Below, in pieces: positions 11,601 through 25,193 of a DNA stretch of 64,000 nucleotides. Positions within the stretch are counted from its first letter, which is position 1. Every line of letters begins with the position of its first letter. Source of the DNA: Phoronis australis (taxonomy: Eukaryota > Animalia > Phoronida); the NCBI GenBank assembly GCA_002633005.1, contig NMRA01000101.1, positions 945,549-1,009,548 of the forward strand. Direction: 5' to 3'. The notes below the pieces were generated by a model. That model did no database searches and was not told the origin of the DNA. It was given only the letters and a program-made list of their open reading frames with translations. The position numbers and the translations under genes were made by a program.

Positions 11601-14600
11601 AGTCTAGTTCAATAGAAGATAAACCAACATCAATGCAGCAAGAGCGCTCAACAAAGGAACAGCGTTATCAGAAAATCTCAAATAACTCGAAAAGTAGACG
11701 TCCTAGCGAAAAATGGAAAACATTCTGAAAGCTCGTTCAAAATTCTATCTAAACTGATGGTATCGCTTAATTTCGTAATTTTTTCGAAAAAAAATGAAAT
11801 TTTCAAATAACTCGAAAACGGTAAGTCTGAGAAAAAAATTGTTAGAGGCCATTTGAAAGAATATACTTCAAAGAATCCACATGCAAAAAACCACGTCTTT
11901 TTCTCTTCCCTGTTTAAAATCGCACTCCAGCACGACTGAAAATGGGTCAACATGCGCCACATACGCCATCTTGAAAGTAACTTCCGTTTTTTTTGGCTTT
12001 GTATAATAGCATGTCATAAGAAACTAATACCTGTAAAAATTCGAAGGAATTGGTCTTATAGTGCGTCCTCTACAGGAGAAAACGTTTTTAGGCCAAAATC
12101 GAGGTGTGCATGCGCGATCGCCGATATTTCTGCAAATGGCCGCCACAGCCGCCATCTTGGATACGATTTTGATGAAAAACAATAGGCTTCCAGTACTTCC
12201 GGAAGTATGTGTTACATGTAAATTTTGTGATGATCGGACGAAAGTTGCGACCTGTATCAAAACAAACGTAGTGGAAGAGCAACATACTTGGCGAAATTTA
12301 TTTCGCCAAGTAATGACCATTTCCGGTTCACAGGAAATCTGCTTTTACGTTCCAGCAAGTGCGCCATAAAACAGCAGCAAAATAGTGCAATCATTTCTAA
12401 GAAGTTGAATGACTGGTTGGCCTTCCATTTCATTGGCATCACACTTTCAGTGATTTTTGTTCCTGTACGAGACAGTCTTGGTATAGGCTTCAGAAGCCAA
12501 GCAAACCTTTTACAGTTTGATGTGAATTCCATTGTTGCTGTTTCAAAAGTGGACAGGTTTTTCATCAAAAGAGCTTCACAAGTGTCTAACGTTCTTCTGT
12601 ACGCTGCATGTGTCGGAGTCGGAGGGGGGGAGAACTGGGGGGCCGTACCAACTGAATATCTCATATCCTTGCTGAAGTTGTAGTTCAAAGGCATGCATGA
12701 CAGTGTCCAAACATTTCTGTTGATTAATTTATGATTGAACTGCTGCTGAAGTGCCTGGTAAGGTCTAGCAACCAATATAAGGTACACAATCATGTACTTG
12801 CTAGTACACAATTTATTGCCAAACAGTTGTCTTTGTAAGACTAGGGCTGACACTGCACTGTTGTGCTCGAGCTCCTACAATATTCTCAAGCCAGCATTGC
12901 CTGCAGCCTTTGCTAAGACCAAATATTGTTTTCTTTATTGACATATAAATGCACAACAATTACACTTTGGCATTTACACCCAGGTGTATATTTGTGTAAA
13001 GTCTATATTTACATGCAGGTGTAAATGTGACACAAATTTCCACCAATTTTTGTTGCCCACATTAGTTGAACAACAGTCAGAGAGACTAAGCCTATCATTT
13101 GATGCTTGCTAGACAAGCATTTTTAATACATTATGGCAGCACATAAAGTGTGCGTACATTTCAAGGACTTTCTACAAAATTTTACTCTTACTTGAAAATT
13201 GCGTCACCACACATGCATTTTATCAGTCATAACTTGCTAGTTTTCACCCGAGGTCAATGAACCGGTTTTCGAGGAAGCTGCCAATTTCCCAGGGTTGTAG
13301 TAAAAATGGTTTATTAACAGCTTCATTAGACATGACTAATATCATAGCACATCATTTTACATGTTCACATCTTGTTATCACCACTAGCAAACACAGTCAA
13401 TGTTAGGCTATTGGTTTACAGAGCTCAGTAACAATCATTAACCATCTTAATTCTCTAGTTTGAGAAAGTGAAAATAAATTATTTTGTTCAGAGTCAGAAC
13501 TTGTACCAAATCATAGAAATAGGCAACATTGACTGTCTCAAATTCAAGGATTAATATCAATAAACAAACAATCATTCACCTGGATGTTACAAATGGGGAA
13601 ACAAAAACATTGCAGCTATTTTTGATGCTTTCGTGAACACATCATAGTCTATCTTTACTGATACAAAAGTAGTGACCAATAGTTGAGAAATACTATGAAT
13701 CCAAAAATCACGAATTTCCCAATTTTCACTGAGAATCAAGAAAACTCAATTTAAGCTGGAATTTCGGAGTCCCAAGTTTTAGAGACTGTAGCAAACTGGA
13801 GTCACATAGTTCCTTCATATTTGAGTTTGAAAAATGTTTTGTCTTAGTTTTTTGGCAAGTTCTGCATCAGAGGAATAAAATTACAGCCAATTACTGTAAT
13901 TGTTTTTTTTTTGTATAGAACTGCTTCCACTGCCACCCTGCAGATCTTGAAAGTCAGTTTTTTCGAGTTTGTCGTGACTGAGCAGGACTTTTATTTGGTA
14001 GCAAGTGGTTTCTGCACAGCAGAGGCAATATGAATATAGCTGGATGCATCACATAGTCATTTTCAATAAACCAGTAAACACAGAAACCTCGATTCTAAAA
14101 ATGAAAGAAAGTTTCCTAGGTAAAGGGAATAATTGGAAACTCCCACCTTCATTCAAAATCTAGCATTAGGTGTTGGAAGAGTTGTCAAACCAGTCAGAAG
14201 ACACACAATCTAGGACTTACTACTGCAATACCACAAGTAGAAAATACTGTTTGCTACACTGTGCATGTGTTGTGTGTCCAGACGGGAGGGTTAGAGTCCC
14301 TGGATATGACGGAGAACAATAAATGGACCGCCTGGACCATACATCCAGGACTATTTATCCAGAGTGCAATGAGTTACCAGCTTGGAGCACTGGTTACCTG
14401 ACAATGATGAGCAGTCATTTTGCTTTTATCTGGTCATTTTAGACTCTAAATGGTGGCCCATGGATCAAGTAAGGCAAGGCTAGTACAAAGTCAGGTAGGT
14501 GCATTTATCAACAGTTTAGGTTGGTTGCCGCTCATTAATCAACAGTTTAGGCTGGTTGCTACAGCCACAATCAGAGTAATGGTGAGTTTATAGAGATGGA

Positions 14601-14762
14601 GGAGGCAACAAGAATAGACCACTTGCCAAGAGTTATGCACAACTCGCACCACTGGTTCTTTTTCAATATACAAGCAAGCAAAGCAAAACTCCCCCCCCCC
14701 CTTCCCCCCTCCCTACGCTGGTTGTTTTTCAGTGTATAAAGAGGCAGTCAAGCATAACTCAC

Positions 14763-14903
14763 CCCACTCGTTGTTGCTCAATATGCTCCAACACCTCGGC
14801 ACGGCGGACAACAGACAGGATCTGCTCTTGTTCTTCAATACTAAGCTGATCCCCTTTACGTGAATTCTGGCAGTTAGAGTGCACTGACCAACCAGCACCA
14901 AGT
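14763..14903 (-). CDS. RPH3A: Rabphilin exon, Rab-binding helix (LGAGWSVHS...QLSIEEQEQILSVVRRAEVLEHIEQQRVG)
   Basis: GWSV motif and L-x-x-E-E-x-E-x-I-L-x-V helix of the Slp-homology domain. Acceptor cttgcag, donor GG|GTGAGT, 141 nt, phase 2-2. Confidence 0.92.
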
Positions 14904-15064
14904 CTGCAAGTACCACACACATTACAACATTGTGAGCATCAACAGTGGTTTTGAGAAAATATTGAAAAATAAAAGCAAATTTTTCACGACAGGATTAGGT
15001 AGTTTGCGCCACCAGAAAATTTTTGGAAAGAGAATTTCTTTCCTGAAGATTTTAGTATTTTTAG

Positions 15065-15302
15065 AGATCTGAAAAGATCTACCTTTACCTGTTGTAGAAC
15101 AGTAGTAGAAAAAGATCTACCATTATTTGAGATGATGTAAAACAGTAGTACAAAAGTGTACACTTGTACCCAAGATCTACCTTTAATTGAGATGATGTAG
15201 AACAGTAGTACAAAAGTGTACACTTGTACCCAAGATCTACCGTTATTTGAGATGATGTAGAACAGTAGTAGAAGAGTGGACACTTGTTCCCAAGAACTAC
15301 CT
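15065..15302. repeat. 60-bp tandem repeat, about 3.5 copies
   Basis: AGATCTACC occurs at 15113, 15173 and 15233. Confidence 0.9.
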
Positions 15303-15946
15303 TCTTTTATCTGTGATGATGGTCAAAACTTGACGTTTCACAGCCTAGTCATAGTTCCATTACATTTAGGCAATGGGATGTAGGCAACACATGATGACAA
15401 AAAACAGGAAAAGCATTTTGACTGTTCAGCTATCAGTTTTGCATACGTAACTGAAGCACAATTGCTCATGCGATTTTGAATGATGGCTGAATGTGCCAAC
15501 ATTTTAAGTCACAGGCAAAGCATACATGCGCCATTTTTCAATCCCCAAATTTAGGGTTGGCAAACTTCAATAAACTTTGAAGCATTTTCTTGAGTTGCTG
15601 GCGGCTTCATTGTTCTAGCTATTAACGTGGATAGAATCCTATTAAGAGACTGCTTTTATGAGAGGAAGGCTTAATGCAATTTCCGTTCTTGGCTAGCTAA
15701 TCAGGATGAAATGCAATGTTATCCTAATTAGCATGTATAATAAGATCGAAAAGTGGAATTTTGTTTATCAAAATTCTCAAAAAAGTGTTCAAAAATGGTA
15801 ATTCCTTAAAAACATCAGGACTGATAAAATTTGACATTGTTGCAACAAAGTATCTATATTAAGCTTTCAAAAATAGTCAATATTTTGCGCATTACTATCA
15901 GAATTACTGTTGATAGTTGTAGCCCACTAGTGAAGTCTAGACTTAC

Positions 15947-16023
15947 CTTGCTCTGAGAGATAGCTGTCTGTCATTAGGTATAACCCAACGATCCATGTTG
16001 CCGGTTGCAACAAAGTCACCCAT
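15947..16023 (-). CDS. RPH3A: Rabphilin-3A/Noc2-like Rab effector, first coding exon (MGDFVATGNMDRWVIPNDRQLSLRA)
   Basis: DRWVIPNDRQLSLRA matches the rabphilin/Noc2 N-terminal W-V-x-P-N-D-R-Q-L-x-L-R-A motif. ATG context is GTCATGG and the donor is AG|GTAAGT. The exon extends as 5'UTR to an acceptor at 16115 (ctaattgctttgcag). Confidence 0.9.
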
Positions 16024-17230
16024 GACAACAAAACAGAGGCAGTGACGCGCCAGAGACGTGGCCAGTGATTCTGGCAGTGGTGAGATATGTTATGAATATG
16101 CGTCTTCCTCCACTCCTGCAAAGCAATTAGCACTAGTCATTAAATATCCCATATAAGGTAAAATCTACAGAGACAGGAAGTCAACTAATAGACACTTGTA
16201 TGTATGTAACTTGGTGACTGACCAACACCAAACAGAAAGAACACAGTGGCTCACACACACTTTCCTATTCAACTGCTCAAAGACCAAAGAATATTTCCAG
16301 GTCCAGTTAATTTGTGCATAAATCTTTTGGTTTGCTTGAACCAAATAAAAAAGATTGTCAAATGTTGTCAAACAATGTTTTGTATGAAATAATCAAAAGA
16401 TAATAATGCATCGATGTTCATATTTTATCATTCCTCTTACAAACATATTCTGCCTATTTCGAACACCACAAAAAGAAGTGGTCACAGCAAGTTTAATGCC
16501 TGGCCAGTTAATTTAACAGAAATATGTCCTGTATTATTGAATTTAGACACAAAATCCATTAAAAAACATATACTTTTACTTGTTGACACAACTTAATTTT
16601 TTCTGGTAATCAACTTTGAATAAACATTCCTCTATTATATAAGGTCCAACGTGACCTTAAATAACTGTGAAATATGAACCAACAGGTGAATGAAAGCCTG
16701 TGTGGCACTTCCCATCATCACATTATTGTTCAAAAGGTTAAACTGTTCACTCACTTTCAACACACGACATTTGCTTGGACTTAAGAGTGTGCTGATACGG
16801 AGCTAAGCAATCGCATAGATATAACCAAAGGGCGTTTAAGTTTGCTGAATATTTTGCACTAAAACGACCGTATAACTATTTTTCCCATAACATAATCGAT
16901 TGTTCCTATGACCATTCAGAGCAACCCCAGGATATTTTTTTTTCAAAATCTCTCCTGAGACATTTAGGGTAAAGAACTGAGTGAATGAATAATTGACATA
17001 CAATGGAGAGCCACGTGTAGCTTCCTTCTATGAATTACTAAATTATTAAAATAAAATAATTATTGACGTTCAGACTTGGCTCCACCTGGCTCATTATCAC
17101 ATTTTTAACGCCTATACCCAGCAAACAAATGTACCATTTGAAGATTTTACTTTTTTCACTTTTTGTAAAAAATAAATATTTGCACTCAACTTGCAAATTG
17201 TTAGGTGCATGGCATGTCAACAACTGCACA

Positions 17231-17573
17231 GTGGCAAGCATAACACCTTCGCACAGAAACAGTTGCAACAACCATAACTTTTTTGAACAGCATGTCTATG
17301 TCTATAGAGCGAGCAAGCATAACACCTTCACACTGAAACAGTTGCAACAACCATAACTTTTTTGAACAGCATGTCTATGTCTATAGCTACATAGTGGCAA
17401 GCATAACACCTTCGCACAGAAACAGTTGCAACAACCATAACTTTTTTGAACAGCATGTCTATGTCTATAGCTACATAGTGGCAAGCATAACACCTTCGCA
17501 CAGAAACAGTTGCAACAACCATAACTTTTTTGAACAGCATGTCTATGTCTATAGCTACATAGTAGCAAGCATA
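17231..17573. repeat. 84-bp tandem repeat, about 4 copies
   Basis: Units start near 17231, 17311, 17394 and 17478, with a partial unit at 17562. Confidence 0.95.
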
Positions 17574-19919
17574 AAACACACTTTTGCACAAAGGATAATG
17601 TTCCAGGGTAGTAAAACAATTAGGTGATTGATGCAAATGACATGATTTGCTGAAGTCATTTGATGAATTACATAAAGTGCCTCTCAGGAGACTACTGTAA
17701 GTACCTACACAAGCCAATCATTTAAGCTGCAGATCACCTCAGTTGCAGAAGGGCAGTAGGTTTATAAGACATCTAAACATGGGAAAAGCATTCCTTTTAC
17801 AGCAATAAAATAGTCCCTTTTCGGTAATAAAATTTTCCATTACAACACAATTATGAACAGTACACTTTCCAAGAATTCTAATCACGAAATAAGTAAGAAC
17901 CTCTGTCTGACCTTTGAATAGTGCCTAGTTCCAGACCAGCAGGAAATCAATTTCTATCACGATTTCTGCTCAATGGAAAACTTAATGACCGCGCGCGTTA
18001 AAGTGCAAGGATTAGTAGAACATTGACAAGAGGATAAGTTCACAAGAGACTGGCAGGAAAGAAGAACAGTTTTGTAACTAGGCCCAATGAAATTCACCAA
18101 CTATTTTGTTCTCTCTGTCATCAAGTTTTTGCTGTCTTTTACTTATAATTGTGCCAAGTCTGTTTCTCTGCTATAAACCTTACACTTTATTGTGTCTGCT
18201 GGTATGCACGCTGCAAGCTGCATTTTTTTATTTGATTGACGTGTATCTCGTGAATACGTCAAGGCATATTGTTTTGAAGCAAAATCAGATACAAACTGGT
18301 AGCCTGTTATCACGTTTTTTGCTTTGAGAACCAGCAGCTGTCTGTCTGTCCCCTACAGTCAACAACAATTACCCTTCCTTGACCACCCTTCATATGGAGT
18401 GTTCTCTTATGCAATACTCAGACCCCATAATTTGACTTGGACTAGTCTTAGTGGGGGTGTCAGGTAATGAACTAAGAATCCTAATGAATAACTTCCTATG
18501 CCAAATATCATTCTATCATCCCTACACCTACCAATAAACTCCCCTGATAGTTATCCTGTTCTGGACAATTGGAAGCCAAGGCTAACACTGTGATGGTGAA
18601 CTGTTTAGCTGTCTCTGATGGCATACAGTGTCTGCATGAGTTGAAATATATATCATACCCCACCCTCTCCTTCCTCGAGGAATGTATAAGCATTCAAGGC
18701 AAATTTTAGGGCTTGTTAAGTGGAATTTCATGATTTTTAATCATTTAACGGAGGAAAATCAGGCCGATTGATTCAACGTCACTCTCCACAAAAAATCAGC
18801 ATATTCAGAGGAGAACTCAACCAAGAAGTTACTCATGACTAAAGTTAACTGAAACTGCCTAAACTGCACTGTCAACACTAACAGTATATCTGCTCTTCAT
18901 TTATTCTGAGTAGATCAATGACAAAGATTGCACCAGCCCTGGTCCTAAGGGGATGTCAGGCACATCTGTTGACTTCCCATGTTAACCAAGGAATTGTTCT
19001 GGATAGACCCAGTATGTGGAATGTGAAGTTCAAAAATAATCACAGTAATCAACCAGCCACAACAGGCCTTTTCAACATTTCAAGGAAACACACAAACATT
19101 ATTGGTCATGCATTGATCTTTTAGTCTACAGATGTGCACTGGTACGGGCTCACAAAGTGGTTTAACATGGGCTATCTTTCTAGTAGATTTACAAGCCCAA
19201 ATCCGGAAATAAAAGTTCAAATTATGCGAAGCAGACATTTTTGTGTGTGTCGAGAATTGCAAAGTATACTAAAATGATTAAATTCCATTTAAAATCATGC
19301 AAAAGGACCTCATCTATATCTGGGAGTAAAGAGTGACTATGGTAAATTTTTCACAAGCAACTTTGTAATCTGGAGTTCCATAAAGTTCAGACGTGTCATG
19401 ATTCGGAGTTTCTTCAACATCAGACAAGTTTGGAAATGGAAAAAAACACTTTTTCACTGTATGCAATGAGTGAGATTTTATCACAGTTTTTATGTTATTG
19501 TCAAGATTTAGTTAATGTAGTTTTTAAAATAATTGTTCTATCTAGGTTAAACCAATGTTTGACATCCGATTTAATAAGGAAATCTTAATAAAATATCAAC
19601 ATTTCCATGGAGAATACAGAATTGTAAGAGCAACTCAAATGAAAGCTGTTCATACTATTAACATACAATTAACAAGATAAACAGTAGAGAATCAATTATA
19701 AACAAACCTATAAGACCCAGTTGGAAGGGTAACCTAGCACATTGGAAAGGCAGTGAAATGAAAGTGACATTAATTTGAAAATCAATAATATTGACTTTTG
19801 GGAATAACAACATTAAAACGATTCCAGACTCTGTAGACTGTAGACACTGCTTTTATGAATGCATGGCAGGACAAATATGAAAGGGAATAGCTGATAACTG
19901 CGCAATAATTAAATTCACT

Positions 19920-20160
19920 AAGCCGCCAGATGGCGATCAGGTCTCTGATGGGCAGGCATTCGGCACCACAGATCCCATGTAATGCGGTAGGGAGGTTCCA
20001 ACCTACTGGTAAAAGCGGCATATTAACAACTTTCCTGCAATTATAATGCCCACAAATTATGTTCGCTGTGTGGTGGGGTGTACTAATGGCTTAAGGAAAA
20101 AGACGAATATCTTGAAATATCCATGGATGAAGAACACCATGTTCCATACATTTCTCAGTG
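19920..20160 (+). mobile_element. THAP-domain DNA transposon relic
   Basis: ORF MPTNYVRCVVGCTNG...MFHTF matches the THAP N-terminus (MP...C-x-V-x-G-C-x-N...F-H-x-F-P). A homologous segment lies at 4425-4640. Confidence 0.6.
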
Positions 20161-21939
20161 TGAAGAAAACTCGGTGCCCTGTGAAGTTTGCAATTGCCAT
20201 CTTGTCACTAAGTTACAATGGTCATTAACCTCTTGCTCAACCAACCAGATGGTTATAACCACACTTCACAACTTTTAAAACCAGTTTTAAAGTGTTCAGA
20301 CTGAGAGTTATAACCTTTAAGGTGTTGTTTGAGCAATACTGCAAAGTGCGATAATATTGGAGGATTGACTTTCACTTCTAAAAACAATAATAATTAGCAT
20401 AGGTGACAATATTGCTGTTAAGAACAGCTATATAATCATTTAACCACAAAACCGCTTCTTTCGCTAGGTGCCAGCCGATCTTGCACTGCTAGGTCCCATG
20501 TAAAGAAACAGTACCATTAATTTTACCTAGATACTGGGAATATCACCATTCTGTAGGATATCAAATGAATGACTTGAAAAAAATAGTAGTTGTCTCCTGG
20601 ATTTAAATTAGACTTTCTGAAATTGGCATTTACAATTTGAATTATGTTGCAGAAATGTCTCACTTTTTGCAGAATTTGCCTAATTATTGAGCAGTTATGA
20701 TGTTTGCACATATACCAACGGTATATGTTTATGTGTGCGTGCGTGTGTGCGTGTGTATGCAAGCACCAGACAATTACAGTGGAAGATGTGAATTACTCCC
20801 AGTGAGGAAGGGTACCAGAATTACTTATTATCAAAGTCCACGCAAGGGGCAACTTTAGTTAGATAGTATGGAGCAACTCATTTCTGTAACATCTAACGGT
20901 AGGAACTGTATCATCTATTCAATTGGGGTACTTGGCCATATGTTTGGTAAAATAGTTTGCTATTTTATTGGAATAGTTTAAATTGAACCACTTTTCCAAA
21001 ACTTGGCTTCACTTCCCATCCAAATTCACACGGTTTTGGAGGTGGTCCAGGAATCCTGCAGATATTTTTTAATTTATTGAATCATTTTTCGCAATGAAGT
21101 GATATTCACATCACGACTTTGTGGTCAAAACTTTGAAGATTACATCGACTATTGCAGGTTTTTTAATACACCCTTTTAAATTGTTTTCAAATGTTTTAAC
21201 TGCTTTGGTGTGAAAAGGGTACTTTTATATGATGTCTATTTCACTCCAAATATTTTTCAAACAGGTTTAGTATAAATACTACCTGTGCACTAGGCAATGA
21301 GTTTTCTTTAAATCATGCTGTTTTTACACAATAACTCTTGATAAATAACAAGTTAATATTAGGCACACCTTGGCATGTGTCAGCTATGATGTGTCACCTT
21401 TCTGCATGGAAAATTTTATTTTTACGCGCAATAAAGGTTAATCTACACATGCAAATGGCCATTCAATGTTAGGATGAGAATGCAACACTAGGCAAACATA
21501 ATTTAGATTTTGGAATGACAAATTGAGGAAAAGAAGCAAACATAAATACAGTAGAGCCACCGTAATGACTATGAAATATAGTTTGAAACATAAATGAAAA
21601 ACATAACTGAATGCTTGACTTATGACATAGAATTGCATTATTTAGTGTGTTAAAGCAAGATTCCCAATTTCAGAACAGGGAATTTCAAGGAAGAGTCCAC
21701 AGCTTATAAGAGTGAATTTTCTGACAGCACAGATAGTGCTCAGTATTTTATCGTGACTTTCAATCATTTTTACATGTGATCAACATCAAGGGTCACATTA
21801 CATTTAAAAAAGTGCAAAACACTGAACATACTTTCAGATTAAAAATGTTGTGGAAACCCTAGACGTAGTTTTTTATCAAGTTTAACATGGCTTTCAATTA
21901 TAAACAAGAGCAATGTTGGGGCGTTGACAGGCACCCATG

Positions 21940-22730
21940 GGTCACTAGGAAATGCTGCAGTACTCAAATCATCCCGAAAATTTAATGGGACTGACGCAGT
22001 GCCCTAACATATCTCTGCGTCAACTTTCATCGAAATCCCTAAACTGGTACTCTACATATCGTCAAGAAACGCCCTCGCACAAAATGGCCACTAGGAAGCA
22101 CTACAGTAGTCGATTCTGGCCGAAATCAAATGGTGTTGACACAATCTCATAATATACCTCAGTATCAAGTTTCAATGATAGTTTTTTTCAGATATCATCC
22201 GGAAATGCTCTTCCCCCAAACAACAATTGAAAAGCCCATGTCGAAAACAAAATGGCCACTAGGAGGTGCTACAGTGGACGAATCTGCAGAAAAATTTAAT
22301 GATGCCACTGCAATGTCATCACAAACCTCTGTGTCAACTTTCATTGAAAGCCTTCACTCGTTCTCTACATATTATATGGAAACGCTCTCAGACAAAGTGG
22401 CCACTAGGAAGCACAGCAGTATTCGAATCTGGCCGAAAATCAAATGGTGACAGCACAGTCTCATCATATATCACTGTTTCAAGTTTCAACAAAATTTGCC
22501 CATCGGTTCTCTCATCATCCAGAAACTATTCTAGTCCTCCCCCCAAAACAACAACTGAAAAAACCCCTTGTCGAGAACAAAATGGCCACTAGGAGGTGCT
22601 GCAGCAGTCGAATCCACCCCAAAATTTAATCGTGCCGGTGCAATGATATCACACACCTTTGTATCAAGTTTCATTGAAATCCAACATTCCGTTTTCTAGA
22701 TATCATCAGGAAACGCTCTTCCCCTAAAAA
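21940..22730 (+). repeat. Degenerate tandem array with alternating ~140 and ~175 bp subunits, core AAATGGCCACTAGGARG
   Basis: Cores near 21941, 22081, 22251, 22395 and 22580. Related dispersed copies occur near 26150 and, reversed, near 33540, 34550, 37305 and 38960-39130. Confidence 0.75.
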
Positions 22731-22919
22731 TATGCAAAAAGCCACACACCGCTGACCCAGGGGGAGGGGCAGATTGAAAAGAGGCCATAACCGTTCTAGT
22801 GATGCCTCACACCCTTGTGCAAAATTTTATCAACATCCAACATGTGTGCATGGGTGCAAAAAAAATGATTACTGATGGTAAAAGAAAGCATGAAAATTTT
22901 GAGATATCCAGTTGAGAAA

Positions 22920-23383
22920 CAGATCAAGTTTGAGTCTAATACTAGAATAAAACTTACAAAAATTAGTTATGTTGCATCCGCATCTCATGGACTTCAGCTT
23001 GGATTGGGACATTATCATTATTCTGGCCAATTGGTGGCGTTTTGACCAGACAGAGCGGCATTGACGTCAGAACACCATCCCATACGTGTGACAAATCGAA
23101 TCTTAAACTGCCTCTTTTATTTAAAGAGCCCGGACTCTCAATGCGCTCATGGAGAGCTTCCTTTACACCCCTTCTGAACCAGTGTTCCTCTAAGTCTAGG
23201 ATAATGACATCATCAGTATTGAAATCATGTCCAGTGGCGCACAGGTGGCTAAAAATAGCCAAATCATAAGTGTCCCCGTTACAAACGATAATATCACAAG
23301 CCAAGCTGAAGTCCGTGAGATACGGACGCAACGTCGCTAATTTTTGTAAGTTTTGTTCTAGTATTAGACTCAAACTTGATCTG
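22920..23383 (-). mobile_element. Penelope-like element relic: GIY-YIG C-terminus flanked by inverted pLTR fragments
   Basis: Peptide AIFSHLCATGHDFNTDDVIILDLEEHWFRRGVKEALH...SLNKRGSLRFDLSHVW. ~83-bp inverted repeats at 22920-23002 and 23301-23383 carry a hammerhead-like core. Confidence 0.85.
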
Positions 23384-24688
23384 ATGGTCAAAGAATAACA
23401 AGATTTATTTTTTCCAATGAATTTTAATCTAATCACCATCCTACTTGTCAGCCACTCATACCGAACTCAAATCATGAAAAATGGCTGATATGGCAGCAGG
23501 CACAGTTTAAGTCTTGCTAAATCAACAGTTGGGTGCAGGTTTACTGACACTTAACACCTAGTGAGTAAATGGGTCATCAGATTTAAAATTTGGTTTTAAT
23601 TCTTACTTAATCAAATTATCTAATTAACATAGGTATAACGTATCAACAGGCTAATGTTTTTGGGGTAAACTTTCAATTTTTATTTGACAAGTTAACGTGC
23701 ATAAAATGTGTTACTTGACTTTAAAAGATCAGGTGGACACCCAGCCCTGACATTGCTCAAAAGAATGACATCACGTAAATGGAATGAAAATGTAATGGGT
23801 TAAGTTGGACAATAAAAATGACAAATATTACATACTGTCCTGGTAGGCAACATATGGTGCATGGTATTATTGCATGACATACCATTTCCAAACCTCCCAA
23901 CAGAAACAAAATATAAACACACTGATACAGATAAAGCCTACTTCACCATGGATACCAGCTGGCTGTATTTAAGTGCTGAACTCTTTCTAGCATTAAGCAT
24001 AAAATACTTTCTACCTAGGCACATACTACTCCATGTGAACACCAACTTGGCAGTCAATTATTGTCACGCTATTTTCAATATTTTTGGATGAGTAAATGTA
24101 TCCACTCTTACAAAACAATTGGCATCAATGAAGTATATCACAAAATAAAAATATTAGTCAAGATTTACAAACCAGAACAGACATCAGCTGAAGACAAGAG
24201 TGAGGGGACAAGGTGGTGAAGACATCAACACACAGCACCAGGGCTGAGGATAGGTCAGACTCCGTCTACTCTTGAACCAATCAATAACGAAACATCATTC
24301 AACATACAGTATAAATTAGAAGCCTGCATTGGACATGATAAGACCATTACCCAGACAGGACAGGACATAAATCACCAAAACTAATGAAGACAAACGACTC
24401 CCACTCCACAACAAGATTGTAAGGTGAAACATAAAAATTGAAAACTTGTTTCTAAATAAATAAGCATTTCCATTTTAAAGATGACCATAGGAAGTGAGTT
24501 TTCTACAAACAAGGTTGTGGTGGAGGGAGGGGGGGCTATTCAAATTTAGAAAATAGTATGTTTGGAAATGTCAACTGTGCACTATACTGGGTGTATTACA
24601 TAATACCTGTCTGGTGCCCTCTCAATACATGATCATCCCTCCAAGTGGAAGTTTATTGTTGAGAGGCACTTTAGGTATAGATTTCTAT

Positions 24689-25193
24689 AGGGCCTTTCAT
24701 ACTAACGTCGACGCTTCGATGGTTTGGGGAGTTGCGGTCAGTATGAACGCTTAACTCCGGTCCTGGATCGCAGTTAAGAGCTCCAGTTAACATCGCAGTT
24801 AATAGGTGGATTTAAGACCGCAGCGTCGACGCTGCGGTGCAGTATGAATGCTAACTCCGGTTCAATCGAAGTTATCGCCAGGTGCCACTGTTATCATCAA
24901 CAGTTACAGAGTAGTGCCGTCACTAATAACTACTTATTTTTGGGTTTAATGATAACCAATCGATTTAAAAATGAGTTTTATGTCATTTAGCAAATTTAAA
25001 TGTTCCAAATTGTCACATTGAAAAAAATCTTAGCGTGCAGCGCTACCTTGCGATAACTTCGATGACGTCAGGGTCACCAACCCTTTACTTCGATGGTCAT
25101 TAACTACCGAAGCCAGTATGAACGGTCCAGTTAACTGCGCTGTTTACGTCGACGCTCCGCTCAGACCGGAGTTAAGTCAATATGAAAGGGCCT
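24689..25193. mobile_element. MITE family B (possibly PIF/Harbinger-like), copy 1
   Basis: TIRs AGGGCCTTTCATA / TATGAAAGGGCCT, with subterminal repeats (CAGTATGAA, TTAACT, GTCGACGC). A second copy lies at 58893-59391. Confidence 0.8.
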
